From Candidatus Kapaibacterium sp. (GTDB lineage Bacteria > Bacteroidota > Ignavibacteria > Kapaibacteriales > UBA2268), in NCBI GenBank assembly GCA_963664875.1, contig OY761611.1, positions 2,592,001-2,656,000 on the forward strand: a stretch of 64,000 bases of DNA, read 5' to 3'. The position numbers and the translations under genes are program-made. Position 1 is the first letter of the stretch, and each line of letters starts with the position of its first letter. A model generated the notes under the pieces. That model saw nothing but the letters and a program-made list of their open reading frames with translations. It did not search any database and was not told the DNA's origin. Of this stretch, positions 9,411 through 18,599 are shown piece by piece.

Positions 9411-9590
9411 AATTTAAGTTTTTTGCCTTCATAATAGGTATGACAAGCGAAGTATGGTTGGAGAATCTACCCCGTCAAGCCTGCGGCTTGCCACCCCACT
9501 TCGGCTTTGCTCATTGCATCGCTCAATAGGGGAATGAAAACAAACAAACGCAAACTATAACAAAACTAAAATATATCAGAGGTACAAAAT

Positions 9591-10808
9591 ATGTTTCCTT
9601 CCCTAAATGAGCAAATGGATTTAATACGTTCGGGCGCGATAGAAGTTTTGCCTGAAGAAGAGCTTGTAAAAAAAATTGAGAAATCGATAAAAACTAATAA
9701 ACCTATGCGCATCAAACTCGGTGCGGATCCGAGCAGACCTGACTTGCATATCGGACACGCTGTAGTTCTTAATAAGTTGCGTCAGTTCCAGGATTTGGGA
9801 CACACTGCAGTGCTTATCATCGGCGATTTTACTGCTATGATTGGTGACCCGACAGGAAAATCTAAAACTCGCCCACAGCTTACAATCGAAGAAACGAAAG
9901 TAAACGGGCAGTCTTATTTGGATCAGGCGGGTATTATTCTTGAAAAAAGCAAGATGGAAGTGCGCCACAACTCAGAATGGCTTGGAGCTATGAACTTTAA
10001 CGATGTGATTAAGCTCTGTGCTCAATATACTGTTGCTCAGCTTTTGGAAAGAGATGACTTTAGTAAACGTTATAAATCAGGCACACCTATCAGCGTTCAT
10101 GAGCTGCTTTACCCTTTGGCTCAGGCTATGGATTCGGCTGTTATCGAATCTGATGTAGAGCTTGGTGGCACTGACCAAAAATTCAACCTTATGGTCGGTA
10201 GAGACATACAGCGCGCTTACGGCAAAGAACCGCAATGTATCCTGACTATGCCTATTCTCGAAGGTACTGACGGCGTACAAAAAATGTCAAAATCTTTGGA
10301 TAACTATATCGCACTTACAGATGTTCCGCAGGAAATATTTGGTAAAGTAATGTCTATTCCAGATGAACTTATCCCTCGTTATTTGCAATATGCAGCTTTT
10401 GCTCCGGCGGAAGAAGTTAAGCAGATGGAAGAAGGTCTAAAAGACGGTAGTGTTCATCCAAGAAACGCAAAAGTTGACACAGCAATTCGCATCGTTTCCA
10501 AATACCACAGCGAAGAAGCCGGCAAAGCAGCTTTTGAAGAATTTGAAAGAATATTCAAAAACAAAGATATTCCTGATCATATAGACGAAATGGAATTGGA
10601 AACAGAAGACGGCACTATGGGCTTGCTTGATATACTTGCACAAACTAAACTAATCCCTTCCAAAAAAGAAGCAAAACGCATGGTAGAACAAGGCGCAGTT
10701 TCAATCGACAGCGAAAAAACAGACGACCCGTTTGCAACTATCGAACTAAAAGAAAAGAAACTCTTCAAAGTCGGCAAACGAAAATTTTTATATGTAATTT
10801 CGAAGTAG
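9591..10808 (+). CDS. tyrS: Tyrosine--tRNA ligase
   Basis: HIGH and KMSKS motifs, ELGGTDQKFN, C-terminal S4 domain. Confidence 0.97.
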   Translation: MFPSLNEQMDLIRSGAIEVLPEEELVKKIEKSIKTNKPMRIKLGADPSRPDLHIGHAVVLNKLRQFQDLGHTAVLIIGDFTAMIGDPTGKSKTRPQLTIEETKVNGQSYLDQAGIILEKSKMEVRHNSEWLGAMNFNDVIKLCAQYTVAQLLERDDFSKRYKSGTPISVHELLYPLAQAMDSAVIESDVELGGTDQKFNLMVGRDIQRAYGKEPQCILTMPILEGTDGVQKMSKSLDNYIALTDVPQEIFGKVMSIPDELIPRYLQYAAFAPAEEVKQMEEGLKDGSVHPRNAKVDTAIRIVSKYHSEEAGKAAFEEFERIFKNKDIPDHIDEMELETEDGTMGLLDILAQTKLIPSKKEAKRMVEQGAVSIDSEKTDDPFATIELKEKKLFKVGKRKFLYVISK

Positions 10809-10894
10809 GTTTAAAATATATACCAGTTGCAAATTGAGAAAAGATGATTTGGCAATTTATGCTAAGTCATCTTTTCCCATTTATATATCTAAAC

Positions 10895-12724
10895 TTATTT
10901 CAGAATGTTGAACTTTTCAAACACAGTCTCTGCTCGCGTACTGATTTTAATGATATAAGTCCCGGGAGCGAAATCAGAGACATCTATCTCTTTGGAAGTG
11001 GTTTTTTGGAGCGTTACTCCATTCAAATCAAAAATTTCTATGCTCTTGAAATCATGTTCTGTATAGATGCGGATAAAGTCCGAAGCTGGATTCGGATAAA
11101 TACGAAAATTAGATTTGTTCTCTTCGGATACAGAAACCTCGGCCCATGAAAAATCATCTCCGCTCCAATTTGCAGGATTATTAGTTACAAAATCCAAACA
11201 AGCGCGGTATTTTGGAGTTGTTGAATTGTCTTGTGAAATATATTCTTTCAGTCCCCAAGAACCCCATTTGGAGTATGTGCCGTGTGAGCTGAAAATAACA
11301 CACAGTTTTCCTCCGGCTTTTTTCCATGCATCCAAGTATTTTATATAAGCATCATACATACCTTGGTTTCGATTTGCATCTATAAATAGTGAGGTTAATG
11401 TTTCGTTGTTTTCAGCACCTCCATGACCGACTATATGCTGCCCGGCTTCGTATGACATCAAAGATTTGACTCCATATTTTTCCTGTAAGGTTTTGTAAGC
11501 CTCAAGAGAAGAAATTGCTTCTTCGATAGTGCCGTGTCCGTCTAAGTATTTCCCGTCTAATACCTGTTCTATAACTTTGTCAGATGACCAAGTACTAACA
11601 TCATTTGCATTTTCGGGTGAACCTAACTGATAGCCGAAATAAGGTGCAATTGCAAAAGCATCGGGGACAGTCGCAGATTTTGCAGTTTTGGTGTACCAAG
11701 GCATAATATAATTTTCTACGAAATAGGTATTAACTGACTGCCAAGCAAGAACTCTTTTCAGCGTAAAATTGCTTCCGTTCGCTTTTATGAGCGAATCTGA
11801 TATATCATGGATTTGAGCTGAGCGGTATCCGTAGTAAACAGGAGCCGCCTCCCAATTGTTTGGAGAGTCTGTCAGCCCAAGAGCTCTTGCTGCATCTGCT
11901 GCTTGGACATGAGCATCGAATATTCCGTTCCATACCTCGTTTGAAAGTTCTATATAGATTGTCTTACCTGAGTTGAGATCTTCACAGGCCTGAGCGATAA
12001 ACTCTGCGACAAAATCATCAGATGCTGTTAGTGGAATACAAAACCATGGGTCTGCATTTTGTATATTTACAAGCTCAATCATTGATTCGAGTGGCACTTG
12101 AGAGCGAAATAGATTGTCGTCAGCAGAGTAATCTTCCCTGTTTACAACAGCGGAACCATTGGTTTGCATATAATCCATAAATCTATATACTTTAAAAGGG
12201 CTCAGCAAATCAAGAAATTCTGGAGTATAGGTCTGGCTAAGAGTCTCATGTTCTTTTTTTACTAAACGGACATTCCTTAATGGTTCAGTGGCATCGGTGT
12301 TGTAGAATTTGATAAATAGGAAATAGTCTTCATCCATTCTAATTTCAGCACGGTTGTCAGATTTTGACAGCAGTTGCGGTGAGCTCCAGTGATTAACTAA
12401 CTCCACGTCAGCTTTGCCTTCCCAAGTCAGAACGAAATCCTGATTGATAACTCGAGGGGAGTCCCATATCGGGCATAAAGTTGCATCTGTGCCCGGAAAA
12501 GGATAAGAATTATTTTGTAACTCATGGGACTGAAACCAAGTACCCCAAGTAAGGTCAGCATCTTTAGGGAACCATGCAAGAGAGTGATGGGCAATATTTA
12601 CAAATTGCCAGTCATTTTGCCAAGCGACAGGGCTACCAATGTTAATGCCCAAAGGAGACTTCTCATTTTGGGCAAAAACTGCCACATAGCTAAGTAAGGT
12701 GAGAATGAGTATTTTATATTTCAT
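10895..12724 (-). CDS. Secreted glycoside-hydrolase-like (TIM-barrel) protein with T9SS CTD
   Basis: Start placed at MKYKILIL signal peptide (12724). RFMD, IELSNEVWN, SYEAGQH, KWGSWG motifs; IYPNP CTD. Confidence 0.7.
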   Translation of the reverse strand: MKYKILILTLLSYVAVFAQNEKSPLGINIGSPVAWQNDWQFVNIAHHSLAWFPKDADLTWGTWFQSHELQNNSYPFPGTDATLCPIWDSPRVINQDFVLTWEGKADVELVNHWSSPQLLSKSDNRAEIRMDEDYFLFIKFYNTDATEPLRNVRLVKKEHETLSQTYTPEFLDLLSPFKVYRFMDYMQTNGSAVVNREDYSADDNLFRSQVPLESMIELVNIQNADPWFCIPLTASDDFVAEFIAQACEDLNSGKTIYIELSNEVWNGIFDAHVQAADAARALGLTDSPNNWEAAPVYYGYRSAQIHDISDSLIKANGSNFTLKRVLAWQSVNTYFVENYIMPWYTKTAKSATVPDAFAIAPYFGYQLGSPENANDVSTWSSDKVIEQVLDGKYLDGHGTIEEAISSLEAYKTLQEKYGVKSLMSYEAGQHIVGHGGAENNETLTSLFIDANRNQGMYDAYIKYLDAWKKAGGKLCVIFSSHGTYSKWGSWGLKEYISQDNSTTPKYRACLDFVTNNPANWSGDDFSWAEVSVSEENKSNFRIYPNPASDFIRIYTEHDFKSIEIFDLNGVTLQKTTSKEIDVSDFAPGTYIIKISTRAETVFEKFNILK

Positions 12725-12836
12725 AGTTTGTCCTTGCTCTAAAGAATAACATTTCAGATATAGACAACACAGACGAACAAAAAGCACTTTTATAGTAAAC
12801 GCCGAGCTGAATTCGGGTAAGAAAAATATCCTAAAC

Positions 12837-12936
12837 AAAAGCCATATTATACTTTATGCGCGTAAAGTATAATATGGCTTTTTCTTATTGTACTTTCAAG
12901 CTCTAAAGTATAATATAGAGATTTTATATTGTACTC
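12837..12936. repeat. 41-bp-periodic array of alternating inverted 11-mers TATTRTACTTT / AAAGTATAATA
   Basis: Units at 12845, 12864, 12886, 12905, 12927 (last one partial). The first pair lies in a 46-bp near-perfect palindrome (12837-12882). Confidence 0.8.
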
Positions 12937-13229
12937 AAATCTAAATGTCAAAATCATATAGGATGCTGACTTTCTTTAAGATCACCTTCCCTCTACCGCA
13001 TAACATATACTACTGCAATAAAAGCTTCTGTTTCGCTTGAAATTGCGATTTCGGACTTTTTATAAACCTTGCATTTCATACTATTCTCGCATATAGAATT
13101 ATTCATTAATTGCAATATAAGAAATACCCGTTACCAAGCAATAGGTGCATCGAGAGAAAGAGATGCTTATAAGCACACGACTGGATTCAAATAAGTTATA
13201 ATAAATAGATGTAATTTATGTCAGTATAT

Positions 13230-13262
13230 AAAAAAAGAGGCTTCATTTATATGAAGCCCCTC
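13230..13262 (-). terminator. Rho-independent terminator downstream of the AIPR-like gene
   Basis: GGCTTCAT-ATAA-ATGAAGCC then TC and T7 on the minus strand. Confidence 0.75.
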
Positions 13263-13353
13263 ATTTATACTCTCAGGGAATGATATCTTTACAGCAAGGC
13301 TACTCGGATATCAGACCCTATTTTTCCCTTTTTAATATTATCTTATAATATAA

Positions 13354-13389
13354 ACTGTATCTACTGTATCTACTGTATCTACTGTATCT
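13354..13389. repeat. Four perfect tandem 9-mers ACTGTATCT spanning the AIPR-like stop codon
   Basis: Read directly from the sequence. Confidence 0.9.
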
Positions 13390-14722
13390 TATTTACAATA
13401 CGTTCGAAAATAGTTTCAGCTTCATTATAAAAAGCAGCTCCTTTCCCAATTTTGTTAGAGTCAAAATTAATCATTTTGATAAGTTCTACATATTGGGCTA
13501 GCTCTAAGTTAGATAAGTCGATTTGATTTGGATTGGTTATCCATTTTACTTCTTTTGAAACCTCATCATATTTCATTAGGCTTGTAACTCCGGTGACAAG
13601 TGGGTATATGAACCCAAGTGGATATCTATATTTAGATTTTTTTTGAGTAGTTAAAAATGGTACGTCGCAATCTTTTATGGAAACAGCTGAAATACCACCA
13701 AATTTTCCAGGTGTAGGTTTCTTATATAAATCAGGGAATTCAAGGAAAATTTTATCAAAAAACAAAAGTATATCTTCAGTAAGTTTTAAAGCACTTTTGA
13801 CTGTAATATGCTCAAGTATCTTTTTTCCTTTAACTTCTTTTGAGACTTTATCACTTGATATTACTGTATTGAAAAAATCAACACATTTGCTTTTTTGTGA
13901 ATAAATGCTAATTTTATTCAGTGATAAAGGAACAATTTCTTCCTGTTTTGCAGACTCTTTGAGAAATATGAATGGTAGCGTGGCCATACTTATGACATCT
14001 TCAGATCTAATTCTTCCTTTTTCTCCAGTTTTCCAAATTATTGGAAAATCTTTTAACAATTCTTCCAAAACATCATAGAATCCATCTTTATAGCCCTTTG
14101 CAGTGTCTTTTAACTGGATATTATTATTCCTTGCTGAACATATTTCAGAAAGATAGTCATAGTATTGCGTGTCTGAATTGTCTTCTGATGTTGGAGTAAT
14201 AATTTCTATAGGAATGGAAAATTGAAATAGTTCTTCGTTTTCTTCGAATCGCTTTTGTATTTCTTTGAAGTTGGAATCCCAAAATTTTTTACACTCTTCC
14301 CATTTCTTTATTTTTAATTTTTTATCTTCAAATAGAATCTCTAAGATGTAAAGTGCAATAGCAAACGTATTGTGTCCTCCGTCCATTATACCTTCATAAT
14401 CATGATCATCTAAAGAAATGCGTACCCTATTGCGTTCTAATTCTTCACACTTCTTAGTCGCTAATAAAATGCCTTTGGTTTTTAACCACAGCAGTTCAGG
14501 ACTAACATCAAGAGTCTCATGAATGGCCTTAGTAATTTTATTAACCGTAGCATTGCGCGGATTAACTTTATTGTCTGCATATTTAACTAGTTCTATAAAA
14601 TTTGCAGGGGAGATACTAGAAACTATTTTTCTAATCTTAATATTCTCTTTAGAATATTGAGCAGTGTTAGAAGTATTCAACTTCAAAATTAGGGAGTTAG
14701 TTTGTGGTTGGTGCATTTTCAT
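13379..14722 (-). CDS. AIPR-like (abortive infection phage resistance) protein
   Basis: NPR motif, KTKGILL, GIMDGGHNT and ARNNNIQL resemble the AIPR core. AT-rich. Confidence 0.6.
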   Translation of the reverse strand: MKMHQPQTNSLILKLNTSNTAQYSKENIKIRKIVSSISPANFIELVKYADNKVNPRNATVNKITKAIHETLDVSPELLWLKTKGILLATKKCEELERNRVRISLDDHDYEGIMDGGHNTFAIALYILEILFEDKKLKIKKWEECKKFWDSNFKEIQKRFEENEELFQFSIPIEIITPTSEDNSDTQYYDYLSEICSARNNNIQLKDTAKGYKDGFYDVLEELLKDFPIIWKTGEKGRIRSEDVISMATLPFIFLKESAKQEEIVPLSLNKISIYSQKSKCVDFFNTVISSDKVSKEVKGKKILEHITVKSALKLTEDILLFFDKIFLEFPDLYKKPTPGKFGGISAVSIKDCDVPFLTTQKKSKYRYPLGFIYPLVTGVTSLMKYDEVSKEVKWITNPNQIDLSNLELAQYVELIKMINFDSNKIGKGAAFYNEAETIFERIVNKIQ

Positions 14723-14858
14723 AATGCTCTCCTACTTTTATAAATTGATTAAAGTAGGCATTGAATAATAGATATTATATCAATACCAATAACATTTCAG
14801 TTATATTACCGTGACTTTATCCAAAGTCTAAACTGATTATCCAATCAGCTATATCTAA
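14723..14858 (-). promoter_or_regulatory. Candidate structured 5' leader of the AIPR-like gene
   Basis: Five complementary stems, two with identical GGAU loops. The last stem covers the SD. A TATGTTG box lies just upstream. Confidence 0.5.
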
Positions 14859-15097
14859 TTACAACCCAACATACAAAAAAATCTTTTCAAATCCAAATAA
14901 ATATTATGATTATTTAATGCCTGAGTATGTATTTATAATTGTATTGTAAAGTCATGAATCTATAGCAAAGTAAAGAATGTCTTTGTATTATTACTCAAAT
15001 ATGAAATATTCTGAATTTGCTTTGAGGTGTGGCTTTTTTCCTTAATTTTGTCATAAGCTTTTAAATACTAATTATTTGCAATCGGAGAATCAATATA

Positions 15098-16297
15098 ATG
15101 AGTTTCAAATCTATTGCTCCTGCTTTAAGAACAGCTAATGTTACTTATGCAATCAGAGATATCATTGTTTTGGCTAATGAAGTTGCTAAAACAGGCAAAG
15201 AAATGTTTTATTTGAATATCGGTGATCCTAACATCTACGATCACTCAACTCCTGAGCACGTAGTGGAAGCTACTGCTAAAGCGATGAGAGATAACCTAAA
15301 CGGTTACGCTCCGTCTGCAGGTATCGCTCCGGCTATCGAGTCTATCAATCGCGATGCTAATAAAAAAGGTATTCATAACATCCTTGATACTTTCATCACT
15401 TCAGGTGCGAGTGAAGCTATCGAGATTTGCCTTGCAGCTTTGCTCAACAAAGGCGAAAACTTCCTTATGCCGACTCCGGGTTATCCTCTTTACACTGCTG
15501 TGCAGGCTAAATTGGAATTGGAACCAAACCCTTACTATTTAGATGAAGAAAACGGCTGGCAGCCTGATATAGATGACATCAAAGCTAAAATCAATGATAA
15601 AACGCGTGCTATCGTGCTTATCAATCCAAACAATCCAACAGGTTCTATCGCTAAGAAAGAAACATTGTTGGAAATAATTGATTTAGCCATCAAACACAAT
15701 CTTGTGATTTTTGCTGATGAAATCTATGACAAACTAATCTTTGATGATAAAGAATTGGTTTCTATCGCTTCTTTGAATCAGGATGTAAGCTGCATCACTT
15801 TCTCCGGTATGTCTAAAAACTACGTTGTGCCGGGTTATAGAATTGGCTGGGGCGTTGTTTCAGGTCGTCAGGAAGTATTAGGCGATTACATCGAAGCAAT
15901 CAATAAGCTATTAAGAGCTCGCGTTTCTGCTAACCACCCTGAGCAATATGCTATTATGGCTGCTTTGGACGGCGACCAGACTCACCTGCACAACATGGTA
16001 AAAACTATGCAGAGAAGACGCGATTTGACTATGGAAATGGTTAATCAAATCGATGGTATCGAATTAGTTAAACCTGAAGGTGCATTCTATGCATTTGCTT
16101 CTATAGATGTAGATGATGATGCAAAATTCTGCGCTGAGCTTATCAGAGAAACAGGCGTTATCGTTGTGCCGGGTAGTGGCTTCGGTCAAAAACCGGGAAC
16201 ACAGCACTTCAGAACAGTATTGCTTCCTCAAGAAGAAGTAATCAAAAAAGCATTTGAACATATCGCTGATTTTTATAAAAAATATAAAAACAGATAA
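15098..16297 (+). CDS. PLP-dependent class I/II aminotransferase (AlaA-like alanine aminotransferase)
   Basis: LNIGDP, INPNNPTG, ADEIYD, SGMSKNYVVPGYRIGW, VPGSGF. Confidence 0.9.
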   Translation: MSFKSIAPALRTANVTYAIRDIIVLANEVAKTGKEMFYLNIGDPNIYDHSTPEHVVEATAKAMRDNLNGYAPSAGIAPAIESINRDANKKGIHNILDTFITSGASEAIEICLAALLNKGENFLMPTPGYPLYTAVQAKLELEPNPYYLDEENGWQPDIDDIKAKINDKTRAIVLINPNNPTGSIAKKETLLEIIDLAIKHNLVIFADEIYDKLIFDDKELVSIASLNQDVSCITFSGMSKNYVVPGYRIGWGVVSGRQEVLGDYIEAINKLLRARVSANHPEQYAIMAALDGDQTHLHNMVKTMQRRRDLTMEMVNQIDGIELVKPEGAFYAFASIDVDDDAKFCAELIRETGVIVVPGSGFGQKPGTQHFRTVLLPQEEVIKKAFEHIADFYKKYKNR

Positions 16298-16688
16298 GAA
16301 AAATAGAACAATAGCATAGACTATCTTTAGGAGGAGTGTGATTTTATCACGTTCCTCCGATTTATATCACCCAACTTTTCATTCTATTCCTATATCCATG
16401 TTGTCTTTTGAAATGATTTATCTCTTCCACCTTAATTTCGCTGCAATCTTCTGATTTCAATTCTTAGCTACCGTTTGCACTCTTTTCTTCATTATTACGA
16501 TTACAAAGTTTGCCAAAGTAATTGTGTGATTTATATTTATATATTATAAATATTGAAATTATTATTTTTAGTTGATTAGTGCAATAAATATGATAAATAT
16601 ATTTGTATTTATATGTATATTTGCAAAATGTAATTCATAGTAATATTAGTTTGCACTATTTATTTAACCTATCATAAAAGGGAATCTT

Positions 16689-17222
16689 ATGAAAACACTG
16701 ATTATCTCAGCTTTGCTTTTAATTTGTAGTAATTCTGTTTTTGCTCAATCTCCGGCTAAAAGATTAGAACCTAAGCCCGAAAACAAAACAATTACTGCAG
16801 AGTACTTTGAGACTATAAATATTGGATATACAATTTCAACAAAATCTGCTATGTGGGATGCTGACAACCTTGATTTGAATATTTTTAATCTCGGGGTAAA
16901 TGGTTTTTTCAAATTTGAAAATTCAATTATACTTGGTGGGTTAATAGATTTTCAATGGTATATCCCCGGAGAAGGTGATAGTTTTACTGCTGCTACAATT
17001 GCTCCTGCTTTTGGTGCGCATATAGGCAATTTCGATGGTTTTCAAGTTATTGCATACGGTCATATTGGTCCAGCAACTATTAGTATTGATGGAGAGAGAG
17101 AGTTAAGCGTGCACTATGGGATGCACTTAGGTATAGGCTTTAATATTGTAATGATTGAACTTTCAAATAATGGAATTGGTGGTATCGAATCAACTTCTGT
17201 TGGTCTGAAAATAAAAATATAG
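16689..17222 (+). CDS. Small outer-membrane beta-barrel-like protein
   Basis: Signal peptide, alternating hydrophobic/Gly strands, C-terminal VGLKIKI. Confidence 0.6.
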   Translation: MKTLIISALLLICSNSVFAQSPAKRLEPKPENKTITAEYFETINIGYTISTKSAMWDADNLDLNIFNLGVNGFFKFENSIILGGLIDFQWYIPGEGDSFTAATIAPAFGAHIGNFDGFQVIAYGHIGPATISIDGERELSVHYGMHLGIGFNIVMIELSNNGIGGIESTSVGLKIKI

Positions 17223-17373
17223 GCAAATACCTTATTTTTCTAGAATTTACTTACCTACAGCTTTGAGTGTAAACTTGAAGCTATTTTTTTTTGTATTTAT
17301 CTTTTATACCAGTACTTAATATCAATATATAATCCATATAGTTGATAATTATTTAATTTTATGCAAGAATTTA

Positions 17374-17400
17374 TGTAACTTTATTTTGTCTTGCGTGTCT
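17374..17400 (+). promoter_or_regulatory. Putative ECF-sigma promoter TGTAAC-N15-GTGTCT
   Basis: 34 bp upstream of the IPT/TIG lipoprotein operon; same motif and spacing at 34803-34777. Confidence 0.55.
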
Positions 17401-17434
17401 TCTACATAAGTAAATATTCCAATTACTTAAAGGT

Positions 17435-18586
17435 ATGGCTATGCGGTATTTTTACATATTCCTTTCATTCATAATCTTGATGCTTGTTTCATGCGGTGAG
17501 GATAGCACTCAGCCACAAATAAACGAGGATTTGATAATAACACTTTCCGGTTTTAGTCCCCAGAAGCAGGCAATCGGCAGAACAATTTATATCTATGGCG
17601 AAAAGTTTGGCACAGACAAAAACAAAATTGAGGTTCTGTTTGATAAGACACAGGCAAGGATTCATTTCCTAAGTGACAAAGTGATTGAGGTAAAAGTCCC
17701 TACAAATATTGCTCAGGAATCTAATATTTACATCATAAAAGACAATTATAGATATCGAGTGCCAGAAACCTTTACTGTTTCGGAAACAGCAAACAATTCA
17801 ACGATTCTTCATCACTTTACTCCGAAAAGTCAATCAATTGGTAAATATATTGTAATCTATGGTAGCGGCTTTGGAAAGATAAAAGATGACCTTAGGGTAT
17901 ATTTCGATAATAAAAAGGCAAATATCATAAACTTCGGAGATTGCTTTATAGAAGTTCAGGTTCCGTATGGAATTAACCATAAATCTGTAATATCAGTTAA
18001 AACAAATGGTTCAAAATTTGACGCAATTGAACCATTTACTCTTATATCTGAAGAATTGGAATTTGATTCGGTGAGAGTAAGTTCTAAAGGTATTATAGCA
18101 AAATCTGAAGATGAGAGTTATTTCGACCAGACAATAAACTTTACAGTATCCAATTATTCAAAGCACTATTACAAATATACTTTCGAAAGTAAATTTGGAC
18201 AAACGCAGAATGAAGGAGGATATTTAGATTTAATAAAACGAATTGAGTTTGTACTTGATGAAGAATCACAGCAAATAAAGGATATAGAAATATACTGGGA
18301 ATATGATTTTGAGTATAGAACACCTTATGTTTTTGAGTATGAAAACCATACAAGAAAATTTGAATTTGACGATTTGAAATACACATACAAAAATCAGAAA
18401 CTTAGTATATCTCTTAATCAGGAACAGTTCGAAAATGCGATTAATTATTGCTATGATTATCATAAGTATCAATATTCAAGTGAATATACAGCAGATCCTC
18501 CCATATATATTCGATTTGAAGCAGAAAACTCATATGTTTTACTCTATGGATTTGAGCTAAACATAGAACTTTTTATAGCACAATAA
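17435..18586 (+). CDS. Lipoprotein with two IPT/TIG domains
   Basis: LVSC lipobox; F(S/T)P..Q.IG..I.IYG..FG repeated twice. Confidence 0.8.
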   Translation: MAMRYFYIFLSFIILMLVSCGEDSTQPQINEDLIITLSGFSPQKQAIGRTIYIYGEKFGTDKNKIEVLFDKTQARIHFLSDKVIEVKVPTNIAQESNIYIIKDNYRYRVPETFTVSETANNSTILHHFTPKSQSIGKYIVIYGSGFGKIKDDLRVYFDNKKANIINFGDCFIEVQVPYGINHKSVISVKTNGSKFDAIEPFTLISEELEFDSVRVSSKGIIAKSEDESYFDQTINFTVSNYSKHYYKYTFESKFGQTQNEGGYLDLIKRIEFVLDEESQQIKDIEIYWEYDFEYRTPYVFEYENHTRKFEFDDLKYTYKNQKLSISLNQEQFENAINYCYDYHKYQYSSEYTADPPIYIRFEAENSYVLLYGFELNIELFIAQ

Positions 18587-18599
18587 GCGGAGAGAAGAA

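Noticed and set aside
9116-9590. T-box riboswitch upstream of tyrS
   Set aside because: No AAGGTGGCACC-type T-box motif; the structure is explained by dispersed repeats.
12993-13106. 37-codon minus-strand ORF (MNNSICENSMKCKVY...)
   Set aside because: No recognisable motif or clear RBS; cannot be supported.
12745-14800. 13-bp direct repeat AATAACATTTCAG (12745-12757, 14788-14800) as att sites of an AIPR islet
   Set aside because: Short AT-rich match is plausible by chance; no integrase; the second copy lies inside the predicted leader.
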